Origin: Pseudomonadota bacterium
GTDB lineage: Bacteria > Pseudomonadota > Alphaproteobacteria > Rhizobiales > Devosiaceae
Direction of reading: 5' to 3'
Assembly: GCA_023387585.1 (NCBI GenBank)
Contig: JAEWHZ010000091.1
Coordinates: 10,627-74,626 of the forward strand
DNA length: 64,000 bases
In this document: in pieces, positions 1-11,708 of the stretch
Layout: the number at the start of each line of letters is the position of its first letter
Position numbering within the stretch: position 1 is the first letter of the stretch
Position numbers and translations under genes: made by a program
Notes under the pieces: model-generated
The model's input: only the letters and a program-made list of their open reading frames with translations
Databases searched by the model: none
Told to the model about the DNA's origin: nothing

Positions 1-602
1 TGCGCCGGCTCGACAATTCCGACTATGTCCTCGGCCGCAGATTGCTCGCCCTCGCCGACAACGTCACCACCTCCCCCCATATCGGGCGCATCGCGGGCGC
101 GGCCCATCTGCATCTCGAATCGGTCAGCCTCTCGCTGGGCGAGACCTCGAAGGTTTCGGTCTATGATCGCGGCGCGGTTCTGGTCGTGGCCTTCGCGCCC
201 GGGCGCAAGCCGCATGCGCTGCATGCGCAGCTCGGCGAGCACCTGCCGATCCATGCCGGCGGCGCCAGCAAGGTGCTGCTCGCCAACCTGCCCGACGACG
301 AGGTCGACAAGCTGCTGTCGCGCCCCCTCACCCGCTTCACCGACCTCACTTTGATCGAGCCCGAAGCCCTGCGCCGCGAGCTCGGGCTGGTGCGCGAGCA
401 GGGCTGGTCGCGCGATCATGGCGAGTTCAATACCTCGATCAAATCCTATGGCGCGCCGATCCGCGACCATACCGGCGAGGTGGTTTCGGCGATCAGCATT
501 CCGTTCCTCGCCGGCCGCGACGACGAATACGAGGCGCTGGTGAAGCGCACCGCCATCGAGACGGCGCGCAATATCAGCGAGGCGCTCGGCGCCCGGTTCT
601 GA
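1..602 (+). CDS. IclR-family transcriptional regulator (5'-truncated by window)
   Basis: Frame open from window start; IclR effector-domain motifs (LPIHAGGASKVLLA, GWSRDHGE, GAPIRDHTGEVVSAISI). Confidence 0.85.
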   Translation, partial: RRLDNSDYVLGRRLLALADNVTTSPHIGRIAGAAHLHLESVSLSLGETSKVSVYDRGAVLVVAFAPGRKPHALHAQLGEHLPIHAGGASKVLLANLPDDEVDKLLSRPLTRFTDLTLIEPEALRRELGLVREQGWSRDHGEFNTSIKSYGAPIRDHTGEVVSAISIPFLAGRDDEYEALVKRTAIETARNISEALGARF

Positions 603-669
603 GTTGTACCGTTTGACCTGCGGGCGAATCGAGACAACCCTTGGCGCAACAGCTTTGGGAGGAAAGCCG

Positions 670-1344
670 ATGTCGAGTGCCATCAATGACGACGTGATCG
701 CCGAGATGCGCGAGCAGTTCTTCTGCGCGCTGGTTTCGGACGCGCTGGACGGGCTGGGCTATATGCACCAGGCCCTGCCCCCGCATATCAGGCCGCTCGA
801 CGATGATCTCGTCATGGTCGGCCGCGCGCGCACCATGCTCTATGTCGACGTTTATGAGCGCCCGCCCGAAGGCGAGAATCCCTATGAGCTCGAGATCGAG
901 CTGGTCGACAGCCTCACCGCCAATCAGGTCGCGGTCTGCGCCTGCGGCGCCAGCGGCCGCATCGTGCCCTGGGGCGGGCTGCTCAGCACCGTTGCCGGCG
1001 TTCGCGGCGCCGCCGGCGCCATCATGGACGGGCTGGTACGCGACACCCGCGAGATCCGCGCACTGAAATTCCCCCTCTTCCACGGCGGCATCGGCCCGCT
1101 CGACAGCAAGGGCCGCGGCCAGGTGGTCGCCATCGACGTGCCCGTCGAATGCGGCGGTGTCCTCGTCCATCCCGGCGACATCCTGTTCGGCGATGCCGAC
1201 GGCGTGGTCGTCATCCCGCAGGCCGTCGAATCCCAGGTGGTCGCCGCCGCCCGGCAAAAGCTCATGGCCGAGGACAAGACCCGCGACGCCCTCCTCGCTG
1301 GCCGCAAGCTCGCCGATGTCTATGCGGAGCTCGGCGTTCTCTGA
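670..1344 (+). CDS. RraA/HMG-aldolase family protein
   Basis: LVSDALD, WGGLLS, GAIMDGLVRD, VHPGDILFGDADGVVVIP; GGAGG RBS before ATG 670. Confidence 0.85.
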   Translation: MSSAINDDVIAEMREQFFCALVSDALDGLGYMHQALPPHIRPLDDDLVMVGRARTMLYVDVYERPPEGENPYELEIELVDSLTANQVAVCACGASGRIVPWGGLLSTVAGVRGAAGAIMDGLVRDTREIRALKFPLFHGGIGPLDSKGRGQVVAIDVPVECGGVLVHPGDILFGDADGVVVIPQAVESQVVAAARQKLMAEDKTRDALLAGRKLADVYAELGVL

Positions 1345-1396
1345 CGCGTGGGGTCAGGCCCGAACAGCATATGACAACCCGCCCGCACCGTGATAT

Positions 1397-1410
1397 TCGT
1401 CATATGACGA
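1397..1410. promoter_or_regulatory. Perfect palindrome TCGTCATATGACGA, likely FadR/GntR operator
   Basis: 14-bp palindrome 20 bp upstream of the GntR gene; related TGTCTTATGACA at 2230-2241. Confidence 0.6.
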
Positions 1411-1430
1411 CATATGCATGGGAGCTGTCG

Positions 1431-2135
1431 ATGAGTCCGGTGCCCGATCCTCCGAGACGACGCGTGCGGCTGGCCGAGGCCGTGGTCGAGACGCTGCGCC
1501 GGCGCATCGAATCCGGCGCCATGCGCACCGGCGAGCAATTGCCGACCGAACCGCGCCTCGAAAAGGAGTTCGGGGTCAGCCGCACCGTGGTGCGCGAGGC
1601 CATGGTCGCCCTGCGCGCGGCCGGCCTCGTCGAGCCGATCCAGGGCAAGGGCGTCTTCGTGCGCGAGATCGAGCGCCCGCTGGCACAGCTCTCATCCCCC
1701 GAGATCGACAATATCCCCATCACCCTGGAAATGCTCGAATTCCGCATCGCCGTCGAGGGCGAGGGCGCCGCCATCGCGGCCCAGCGCCGCTCGCCTCAGC
1801 AGGAGGGAGAGGTGCGCCGCGCCCATGAGCGGATGGCCGCCGACATCGAGGCCGCCCGCGCCACCGTCGAAAGCGATTTCGCCTTTCACGAGGCCGTCGC
1901 GGCCTGCACTCATAACCGCTTCTTCATCGAGGAAATCCATCGTTTCGGCTCCGGCATCATCCCGCGCAGCCAGTTCCCGACCCTGGCGCAGGACAGGGAC
2001 TATCTCGCCGGCGTCCATGCCGAGCACGCCCGCATTCTCGAGGCGGTCGCCGAGCAGGACAGCGCCGAGGCTCGCCGGGCCATGCGCGAGCACCTGTTGA
2101 GCAGCCAACGGCGCTACCGCCGGTTCATCGCCTGA
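1431..2135 (+). CDS. FadR/GntR-family regulator (FCD domain)
   Basis: wHTH LPTEPRLEKEFGVSRTVVREA; FCD motifs DFAFHEAVA and EHARIL. Confidence 0.9.
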   Translation: MSPVPDPPRRRVRLAEAVVETLRRRIESGAMRTGEQLPTEPRLEKEFGVSRTVVREAMVALRAAGLVEPIQGKGVFVREIERPLAQLSSPEIDNIPITLEMLEFRIAVEGEGAAIAAQRRSPQQEGEVRRAHERMAADIEAARATVESDFAFHEAVAACTHNRFFIEEIHRFGSGIIPRSQFPTLAQDRDYLAGVHAEHARILEAVAEQDSAEARRAMREHLLSSQRRYRRFIA

Positions 2136-2229
2136 GAAAAACTCACGCCGAATCAACGGCTTGCCCGGCTCCGCCCCCGCCCACAGCAAAATGCGCCGGG
2201 GGTCTCGACCTCGCCGATAATTCATATTA

Positions 2230-2241
2230 TGTCTTATGACA
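2230..2241. promoter_or_regulatory. Near-palindrome TGTCTTATGACA, second putative GntR operator
   Basis: Matches the core of 1397-1410; lies in an AT-rich stretch upstream of the dehydratase. Confidence 0.5.
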
Positions 2242-2263
2242 GCAAATTGGGAGGAGACAGCTC

Positions 2264-4263
<2,000 letters not shown>

Positions 4264-4318
4264 AGGTGCTGGCGGCGCTTCGGTCCTGAACCGCCCGAAG
4301 CGCCGTTACACCGGGCGG

Positions 4319-5617
4319 CTACCGCCTGCCCCACCATGTCTGCGCCAGCGGCCTACCGCCGACGAAATCCAGTCCGTGCCCGCCATCGGCCAGCCGCAGC
4401 GCCTCGTTCCACTTGGCCATGCGCTCGGAACGGGTGAACGATCCCACCTTGAGCTGCCCCGCGCCCAGTCCGGTCGCGATATGGACGATGGAGATGTCCT
4501 CGGTCTCGCCCGAGCGCGCCGAGACCACGGAGGGCCAGCCATGCCCCGCCGCCGCCCGCCAGGCGTCGAACGCTTCGCTGACGGTGCCGATCTGGTTGAC
4601 CTTGAGCAGCAGCGCGTTGCACGCCCTATGCTCCGCCGCCACCTCGACCAGCGCCGCATTGGTCACCAGCAAATCGTCGCCGATGATCTGCATCCGCTCG
4701 CCATAGGCCGCCGCGAAGGCGCTGAGGCCCGCAAGATCGTCCTCGGCCAGCGGGTCCTCGATCGAGGCGATCGGATAGCGCTCGATCCAGCGCCCCAGCG
4801 TTTCGATCATGGCGTCGGCGTCGAGGTCGCGCCCGTCCAGCGCCAGCCGATAGCGCCCGTCCCTGCCGAATTCCGAAGCCGCCACGTCGAGCGAGATGAT
4901 CACCCGCTCGCCCGGCACCTCGCCCGCCGCCTCTATGGCCTCCACCAGCGTGTCGAGCGCCTGCTCGTTGGTCTCGAATTCCGGCCAGTAGCCGCCCTCG
5001 TCGGCCACGCCCTTCAGTGCCCCGCGCTTGGCGAGAATTCTTCCCGCCGCCAGATAAACCTCCGCCGTTACCTCGAACACCTCGTCGAGGCTTTCGGCGC
5101 CCGGCACCATGATCATGAAGTCCTGGATGTCGACCCGCCGCCCGGCATGCGCCCCGCCGCCGAAAATCTGGATTTCAGGCAGCGGCAGGCTCGGTTTCGC
5201 CCCGGTCAGTGCCGCGATATGCCTGAACGGCGGCTGCTTCGCGCTCGCCGCCGCCGCATGCAGCACCGCGAGCGACACTGCCACCGTGGCATTGCCGCCG
5301 AGCCGCGCCTTGTTCTGCGTGCCGTCGATCTCGACGAGCGCCGCATCGACCCCCGCCTGATCCCCGGCATCCCAGCCGATCAACGCCGGCGCGATCTGTT
5401 CGGCGATGCCCTTGAGCGCCCGCTGCACATCCATGCCGCCGAGCCTTTCCCCGCCGTCGCGCAGGTCGATGGCCTCGCGCGTGCCGCGCGATGCTCCCGC
5501 AGGGGCGATGGCGCGCCCGACACTGCCATCGGCCAGCGTCACCTCGGCCTCGATCGTCGGCCGCCCGCGGCTGTCCCAAACCCGGCGCGCCCGCAGCGCA
5601 GTGATCCCGGCGCTCAT
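4319..5617 (-). CDS. eno: Enolase (probably a paralogous copy)
   Basis: DSRGRPTIEAEV, PAGASRG, ADEGG, LDVAASEF, LLKVNQIG, SARSGETED; ATGA overlap with the upstream kinase. Confidence 0.8.
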   Translation of the reverse strand: MSAGITALRARRVWDSRGRPTIEAEVTLADGSVGRAIAPAGASRGTREAIDLRDGGERLGGMDVQRALKGIAEQIAPALIGWDAGDQAGVDAALVEIDGTQNKARLGGNATVAVSLAVLHAAAASAKQPPFRHIAALTGAKPSLPLPEIQIFGGGAHAGRRVDIQDFMIMVPGAESLDEVFEVTAEVYLAAGRILAKRGALKGVADEGGYWPEFETNEQALDTLVEAIEAAGEVPGERVIISLDVAASEFGRDGRYRLALDGRDLDADAMIETLGRWIERYPIASIEDPLAEDDLAGLSAFAAAYGERMQIIGDDLLVTNAALVEVAAEHRACNALLLKVNQIGTVSEAFDAWRAAAGHGWPSVVSARSGETEDISIVHIATGLGAGQLKVGSFTRSERMAKWNEALRLADGGHGLDFVGGRPLAQTWWGRR

Positions 5618-6597
5618 CGCGCATCCTCCTTCATGGTCTCGAAAATATCCGCGATCCGCGTCGGCTCGCTGTCGAACAGCGCCCTCGCCACATCGCGCTG
5701 CTTCACGCGCTGCGCCGCATCGAGATATTCGACCGGCGACTTGCCGTCGACCCGCGCCAGCAGCAGCGCCGGCAGTAGTGCCGCCACCCGGGCCTCCAGC
5801 GCCTCGGCCGGCTCCCAGTCCACCTGCGCCGCATAGGCTTCCCACAGTTCCGCGGCCGACAGCGCCAGCAACTCGGGGTCGGCCTTGTGCGCCAGCGCCT
5901 TGATGGCCAGATGGTTGAGGCAGAAGGCGATATCGAAGGCCGGATCGCCCTCCACCGCGCATTCGGCATCGAGAAACACCGGCCCCTTCGGCCCGATCAA
6001 TATGTTCTTGGGGCTGACATCGCCATGCACCAGCGAGAGTCTTGCCCGCTCCTGCCCTTCGATCAGGCGCGCGAACCGCTCCGCGAGGTCTGGATGCCGC
6101 TGCGCCGTATAGGCTAGATAGGGCTCGAGCCGCAGCGCCCGGAAATCCTCGAGATTGGGAAAGCACGCCCGCGCGGTCTCATCCGCTGCCGCCGCCCTGT
6201 GGATCGCGCCCAGCACCCGCCCCACTTCGCCGGCGAAGGCCACATCGACCCGTCCCGCCAGCAGCTCCGCCTTCCACACCGGATGCAGCGCCGGGTCGAG
6301 ATAGGCCATGGCAAAACCATTCAGCCTTTCGCTGCGCCCGAACAGTTCCGGCACCGCGTCGGGCACCACGCCTGCGGCATAGCGCAGCCATTCATATTCG
6401 GCCGCATTGCGCCGCACCGGCGCCGTCCACTCCGCCGCGACCTTGAGCTGAGCCAGCGCGAATTTCACGCAATAGTCGCCGCGCTCCGTGCGTACGCGGC
6501 AGATATCCGAGGACACCCCGCCGGTCAGCGATTCCACTTCGGCCGGCTCGCCCGGCGCGATCAGTCCCAGTTCGACCAGCAGTTCCGCCGCGTCCAT
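5614..6597 (-). CDS. APH/methylthioribose-kinase-like phosphotransferase
   Basis: LTGGVSSDI, CVKFAL, HGDVSPKN and FLDAECA catalytic motifs. Confidence 0.8.
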   Translation of the reverse strand: MDAAELLVELGLIAPGEPAEVESLTGGVSSDICRVRTERGDYCVKFALAQLKVAAEWTAPVRRNAAEYEWLRYAAGVVPDAVPELFGRSERLNGFAMAYLDPALHPVWKAELLAGRVDVAFAGEVGRVLGAIHRAAAADETARACFPNLEDFRALRLEPYLAYTAQRHPDLAERFARLIEGQERARLSLVHGDVSPKNILIGPKGPVFLDAECAVEGDPAFDIAFCLNHLAIKALAHKADPELLALSAAELWEAYAAQVDWEPAEALEARVAALLPALLLARVDGKSPVEYLDAAQRVKQRDVARALFDSEPTRIADIFETMKEDAR

Positions 6598-6747
6598 CGT
6601 TTGTCCCCCGCCCCGCATTCCCGCGGCACCAGATACGATTTGCCGTCCTCCTGCCAAGCCCCTGCCGGCCCGAATGCGTACCGCACCGGTTGGACTTTCT
6701 CAGCTTTCCGCCGCCATACTCGCCCAATATCCTTCTCATGCAAGAAA

Positions 6748-7233
6748 ATGACCGCGCCCGAAATCCTGCCACGGCTCACCGATCCCTATGTCCTGCTCGC
6801 CAGCTGGTTCGGCATCGGCTTTTTGCCCTTTGCCCAGGCCTGGGTGGCGGTCGCCACCGTGTGGCCGCTGGTCGGGCTGGGGCTCGGGCGCTCGCGCCTC
6901 TACCTGCTGATCGCCGCGCTCGGTTTCACCCTTGTCGGTCTCTATGTCGCCGAAAGCTGGGAGGTCGAACTGGCCATCAAGGATGACGGGCGCATCGTCA
7001 TCGACGAGATCGCCGGCTATCTCGCCGGCCTCGTCATCGTCGGTCCCGTCGGCTGGGTCGGCGCGGGCCTATTCGCGCTTCTCATGCTCACCCTCGACGG
7101 CTTCAAGCCGTGGCCGATCTCGCTCACCGAATCCTGGCCCGGCGGCATCGGCATCGTCGGCGACGACCTCGCCGCCGGAATCGTCGCCGGAATCGTCGTC
7201 TGGCTGATCATGCGGTTTTTCCGCCGAGCCTAG
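6748..7233 (+). CDS. pgpA: Phosphatidylglycerophosphatase A
   Basis: [36 protein letters not shown]; hydrophobic. Confidence 0.8.
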   Translation: MTAPEILPRLTDPYVLLASWFGIGFLPFAQAWVAVATVWPLVGLGLGRSRLYLLIAALGFTLVGLYVAESWEVELAIKDDGRIVIDEIAGYLAGLVIVGPVGWVGAGLFALLMLTLDGFKPWPISLTESWPGGIGIVGDDLAAGIVAGIVVWLIMRFFRRA

Positions 7234-8711
7234 TCCAGCCCGAGCTTCTGCTTCATCAGCGCGTTGAGCGCCTGCGGATTGGCCTTGCCGCCCGAGGCCT
7301 TCATCGCCTGGCCGACGAACCAGCCGATCATGGTCGGCTTGGCCTTCACCTTCTCGACCTGATCCGGGTTGGCGGCGATGATGTCGTCGACGATCTTTTC
7401 GATGGCCCCGAGATCGGTCACCTGCTTCATGCCACGCGCCTCGACGATCTGCGCCGGATCGCCGCCCTCGCTCCACACGATCTCGAACAGATCCTTGCCG
7501 ATCTTGCCCGAGATGGCGCCCGAGGCGATCAGCTCGACGATGCCGCCGAGCTGGGCCGCGCTGACCGGGCTGGTGGTCACGTCCAGCCCCTCCTTGTTCA
7601 GCCGGGCGAAGAACTCGTTGATCATCCAGTTGGCGGCCAGCTTGCCGTCGCGCCCCTTGGCGACTTCCTCGAAGAAATCCGCCGATTCGCGCTCCAGCGT
7701 CAGCACCATGGCGTCATAGGCGGTGATGCCGTAGTCGGCGACGAACCGGTCCGCCTTCTCGTCCGGCAGCTCGGGCAGATCCTCCGCCAGAGCCGCGATG
7801 AAGGCGTCGTCGAATTCCAGCGGCAGCAGGTCGGGATCGGGGAAATAGCGATAGTCGTGCGCTTCCTCCTTGGTGCGCATCGAGCGCGTCTCGCCGGTGC
7901 GCGGATCGTAGAGCCGCGTCTCCTGGTCGATCGCCCCACCCCCTTCGAGCACGTCGATCTGCCGCCGCGCCTCGTATTCGATGGCCTGCGCGGCGAAGCG
8001 CATGGAGTTGACGTTCTTGATCTCGCAGCGCGTGCCGAACGCCCCGCCCGGCCGGCGCACCGACACGTTGATGTCGGCCCGCAGCGAGCCCTCCTCCATA
8101 TTGCCGTCGCAGGTGCCCAGATAGCGCAATATGGCGCGCAGCTTCGACAGATAGGCCCGCGCCTCTTCGGACGAGCGCAGATCGGGCTTCGAGACGATCT
8201 CCATCAGCGCCACGCCGGAGCGGTTGAGGTCGACGAAGCTCATGTTCGGGTGCTGGTCGTGGATCGACTTACCCGCATCCTGCTCCAGATGCAGCCGCTC
8301 GATGCCGATCTCGATCCGCTCGCCGTCGACATCGAGGAACACCGATCCCTCGCCGACGATCGGATCCTTGAACTGCGAGATCTGGTAGCCCTGCGGCAGG
8401 TCGGGGTAGAAATAGTTCTTGCGATCGAAGATCGAGCGCTTGTTGATCTTCGCCTTCAGCCCCAGCCCCGTCCGCACCGCCTGGCGCACGCATTCGGCGT
8501 TGATCACCGGCAGCATGCCCGGCATGGCCGCATCGACGAAGGAGACGTTGGCGTTGGGCGGGTTGCCGAATTTCGTCGACGAGCCCGAGAACAGCTTGCT
8601 CTGCGAGGTCACCTGGGCATGCACCTCCATGCCGATGACGATTTCCCACGCCCCCGTGCTGCCCTCGATGAAGCGCTTGGGGTCGGGCGTGCGGGTGTCG
8701 ATAAGGGTCAC
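7230..8711 (-). CDS. gatB: Asp/Glu-tRNA amidotransferase subunit B
   Basis: [45 protein letters not shown] start inferred. Confidence 0.97.
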   Translation of the reverse strand: MTLIDTRTPDPKRFIEGSTGAWEIVIGMEVHAQVTSQSKLFSGSSTKFGNPPNANVSFVDAAMPGMLPVINAECVRQAVRTGLGLKAKINKRSIFDRKNYFYPDLPQGYQISQFKDPIVGEGSVFLDVDGERIEIGIERLHLEQDAGKSIHDQHPNMSFVDLNRSGVALMEIVSKPDLRSSEEARAYLSKLRAILRYLGTCDGNMEEGSLRADINVSVRRPGGAFGTRCEIKNVNSMRFAAQAIEYEARRQIDVLEGGGAIDQETRLYDPRTGETRSMRTKEEAHDYRYFPDPDLLPLEFDDAFIAALAEDLPELPDEKADRFVADYGITAYDAMVLTLERESADFFEEVAKGRDGKLAANWMINEFFARLNKEGLDVTTSPVSAAQLGGIVELIASGAISGKIGKDLFEIVWSEGGDPAQIVEARGMKQVTDLGAIEKIVDDIIAANPDQVEKVKAKPTMIGWFVGQAMKASGGKANPQALNALMKQKLGLD

Positions 8712-8775
8712 GGGATGTTTCCTGGGGCGGGCTTGAACGGGACTGGCCGAGGCATAATCGGCGCGCGCGCCGATT

Positions 8776-9288
8776 TCAATCGTCGGCGTCCACCGGCCCC
8801 GCATAAGGGCGCAGCGATTTTTCCAGATGCACGCTCATGAACGGGTCGCGCCCCGGCCGCCCGTCGGGCCGCATGGCGAGGATGCGATAGCCCTGCCGCT
8901 CGTAAAAGCGCACCGCGCGCACATTGTCGGCGGGCGTTTCGAGGTTCACCCGGCTGGCGCCGTAAAGCTCCAGCACCGCCTCCATGCGCCGCAGCAGCAG
9001 CGAGCCGATGCCGAGCCCCTGCATGTCGGGCATCACGAACAGATAGGGGATATAGGCCCGCCCCCGCGCCCGCGAGCACCAGCCGACGACCAGCCCCTCG
9101 AACTCGGCCACCACGATGCGCTCGATGGTGTCCACCACCGCCGCCTCGAGCCGCGCCCGCTCCGCCGCCCGCTGGCCCGGCCGCTCGACCATCAGCGGCA
9201 ATATGCCGTGCGCCCACGCCTCGTAGGCGATGCGCGACAGCGCGGGAATGTCGCTGCGCTCGGCCTTGCGGATGTCGATGGGCAGCAA
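8776..9288 (-). CDS. GNAT acetyltransferase
   Basis: [17 protein letters not shown] acetyl-CoA motif; [13 protein letters not shown]. Confidence 0.85.
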   Translation of the reverse strand: MLPIDIRKAERSDIPALSRIAYEAWAHGILPLMVERPGQRAAERARLEAAVVDTIERIVVAEFEGLVVGWCSRARGRAYIPYLFVMPDMQGLGIGSLLLRRMEAVLELYGASRVNLETPADNVRAVRFYERQGYRILAMRPDGRPGRDPFMSVHLEKSLRPYAGPVDADD

Positions 9289-9313
9289 GAGCTCGGCTCC
9301 TCGATCCAGGACT

Positions 9314-9640
9314 CTAGTTGCGGCGGCGCGCCGCGATGATGCCCTTCTCGTAGTTGACGTTCCAGTCGATCAGGGTACGCCAGATAAGTTCTGCCTGATC
9401 CTCGTCGAGATCAAGGGCCAAAGCGCGCTCGCGCAGCGTGGCGACGATCGCCTCGATCCGGGCCTTGTCATAGGCCTCGTGCGGGTCGGTCTTGATCTCG
9501 GCCATGCGCGTCACATAGGCGTGGCGCTCGGCGAACAGGCTCAGCAGCGCCCGGTCGATCCGGTCGATCTCGACGCGCACGTCTTCCTTGTTCTGGCATT
9601 GGGCCGGCGGCTTGCCGGCGCCCGTCGTGGTCGCGCTCAA
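9314..9640 (-). CDS. Chorismate mutase type II / isochorismate pyruvate lyase
   Basis: DVRVEIDRIDRALLSLFAERHAYVTRMAEIK; TTG start after GGAG. Confidence 0.8.
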   Translation of the reverse strand: MSATTTGAGKPPAQCQNKEDVRVEIDRIDRALLSLFAERHAYVTRMAEIKTDPHEAYDKARIEAIVATLRERALALDLDEDQAELIWRTLIDWNVNYEKGIIAARRRN

Positions 9641-9800
9641 ATCATCGTCTCCCTTTTGCACTGGCGCTGGTTTGCACTGCCGGGCCGCGCTCGGCAACCC
9701 CTTGGCAGCCCCTTGGCAACCGCGCGGAACCCGCCGCGCCGCGCCCGCGTTGCCGCTGGCAGACAGCGTCATCGCAAACATCTTTTCCCGGGAGCGTCAA

Positions 9801-10112
9801 ATGAATGCCATCGCCGATCTCATCCGCCACATCACGGAAGATCCCAACGATCCGCGCGTGCGCCTGCGCCGCCAGTTCGCCGAGTTCGAGGACAATCTCG
9901 AAAAATTCGGCCGCTCCGCGTCGCGTGCCGGCCACAGGGCGGCGGACGAGGCCGGCGACGTGTTCGATCACGCCCTGCATCAGGGCACGGCCGCCGCGCG
10001 CGCCGTCGGCTCGGGGCTCAATGCCGTGGGCAGGCAGGTGAGCCGCGATCCCCTGCCCCTGATCGTCGCCGCCGGAACGGTGGCGCTGATCGCCCTGCTG
10101 CTGCGCCGCTAA
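9801..10112 (+). CDS. Small hypothetical protein with C-terminal membrane anchor (ElaB/YqjD-like)
   Basis: GGAG RBS; helical body; C-terminus PLPLIVAAGTVALIALLLRR. Confidence 0.55.
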   Translation: MNAIADLIRHITEDPNDPRVRLRRQFAEFEDNLEKFGRSASRAGHRAADEAGDVFDHALHQGTAAARAVGSGLNAVGRQVSRDPLPLIVAAGTVALIALLLRR

Positions 10113-10195
10113 CTGTCTGTTAACGCTGCAAGCCCGCATTTCATTAGGGTTGAGGTGCGAAATTGGTCCGGTCGAGACTGCCCGGACCTTTCGCC

Positions 10196-10681
10196 ATGCC
10201 CAGAATCCTGCCCCACACAATCGCACCCCGCCTCGCCGCCGCCCTCGTCGTCACGAGCCTTCTGGCGGGCTGCGGCATACCGGGCTTCTCCAATATCCGC
10301 ATGGGCCAGCTCTCCGAGCATGAGTGCATGATGCGCGCCATGTATTTCGAGTCCAACCGCTCGAGTTCGGACGGCATGCTGGCCGTCGGCACCGTGGTGA
10401 TGAACCGCGTCGACAACCCCGGCGAATACCCGACCAATGTCTGCGGCGTCGTCGGCCAGCCCAATCAGTTCGCCGACGGCGTGCTGACCCGCCCGATGAC
10501 CGATTCCGGCGCCGTCCTCGCCTCGGAGATGGCCGGTCGCGTCCTGCGCGGCGAACGCCATTCCGGCGTCGGCCCCGCCGAGCATTTCCACACCGCCGGC
10601 CTGCGCTTCCCCTACAACAACATGCATTACGTGCTGGAAGCGGGCGGCAACGAGTTCTACATCAAGATGCGGCGGCGATAG
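10196..10681 (+). CDS. Cell wall hydrolase (SleB/Hydrolase_2) lipoprotein
   Basis: Lipobox LAGC; CMMRAMYFES, VGTVVMNRV, VCGVVGQPNQF. Confidence 0.85.
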   Translation: MPRILPHTIAPRLAAALVVTSLLAGCGIPGFSNIRMGQLSEHECMMRAMYFESNRSSSDGMLAVGTVVMNRVDNPGEYPTNVCGVVGQPNQFADGVLTRPMTDSGAVLASEMAGRVLRGERHSGVGPAEHFHTAGLRFPYNNMHYVLEAGGNEFYIKMRRR

Positions 10682-10732
10682 GGGCCGCGTTGCACGCGGT
10701 ACTTCACCGACAGCCCCGATTTCCCTCCCCCT

Positions 10733-10846
10733 CGATGTCATCCCGGGCTTGGCCCGAGGCCTATCACGAGGGGCTTGCCCCGAAGCGCCATCGCGGCGGT
10801 TGGAGTGTTTGGAGATAGGCCCCGGCCTCCCGCCGGGGTGACATCG
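10733..10846. repeat. REP/RIME-like palindromic intergenic element
   Basis: Terminal inverted repeats CGATGTCATCCCGG / CCGGGGTGACATCG between convergent genes. Confidence 0.65.
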
Positions 10847-10879
10847 GAGGGGTGGCGTTTTCTGTGCTCCTATCACCCC

Positions 10880-11365
10880 TCAAAACCCGCCACCCAGATC
10901 GAAATCCCCGCCGTCCCCCCAATCATCATCGCCCCCATCCCAGCCGCCGTCATCCTCCTGCGCCGGCTCCGCCTCCCCCGCCTCGGCCGATCCTCCGAAC
11001 AGGCTCGCGATCGCGCTGCCGAGCAGCAGGCCGCCGGTCACGCCCAGCGCGGTCTGCGCGGCCCCGGCAAGAAAGCCGCCGCCACGGCGGACGGGCGGCG
11101 CGGCGTCGCGGTCCCAGGGGCCGGGGCGGTCGCGGGCCACATCGGCGGCGCGTTCGAGCTCGCGAATCCGCTCGCGCGCATCGGTCAGCGCCGTTTCCTG
11201 CACCAGCACGGTCTGCGCCAGGTAATAGGCGGCGCCGGGCTGGTGGGCCATCAGGTCGCGGATCAGCGCCTCGGCCTCCGCCTCGCGCGGGCCGGAGCGG
11301 CGCTCGACCGCGGCGAGGCGTTCGAACAGGCTCTCGATGGCCTGGCGGTCTTCGGGACTGAGCAT
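10880..11365 (-). CDS. DUF2076-family protein
   Basis: EDRQAIESLFERL, PGAAYYLAQTVLVQE, GGFLAGAAQTALGVTGG, acidic Gly-rich tail. Confidence 0.8.
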   Translation of the reverse strand: MLSPEDRQAIESLFERLAAVERRSGPREAEAEALIRDLMAHQPGAAYYLAQTVLVQETALTDARERIRELERAADVARDRPGPWDRDAAPPVRRGGGFLAGAAQTALGVTGGLLLGSAIASLFGGSAEAGEAEPAQEDDGGWDGGDDDWGDGGDFDLGGGF

Positions 11366-11417
11366 GCGGTGCCTCCTCGGTTGCCTCCCGAGGACATGGG
11401 ATTCGCCCGGCCCCGCT

Positions 11418-11708
11418 TCAACCGTCCGCCAGCCCCTTTTGCTTCGCCGCCACATGCAGCACGAAGCCGATGACGATGGCCGTCGCCTCATAGAGTTCGA
11501 GCGGAATGGTGTCGTCGAGCTCGACCCGCGACAGCGCCTCGGCCAGCACCGGATCGGATTCGATGACCACGCCGTGTTCCTCGGCCAGCGCCACGATCTT
11601 TTCGGCGACGACGCCCCGCCCCTTCGCCGTCACGCGCGGCGCCTCGCGCGAGCCCTCGGCATAGGCGAGCGCGATGGCCAGCGGCACCCTGTCGTCCCCG
11701 CCGCTCAT
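11418..11708 (-). CDS. FlhB C-terminal-like (EscU/YscU/HrcU family) small protein
   Basis: AIALAY, APRVTAKGRG, LAEALSRVELDDTIPLELYEA. Confidence 0.88.
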   Translation of the reverse strand: MSGGDDRVPLAIALAYAEGSREAPRVTAKGRGVVAEKIVALAEEHGVVIESDPVLAEALSRVELDDTIPLELYEATAIVIGFVLHVAAKQKGLADG

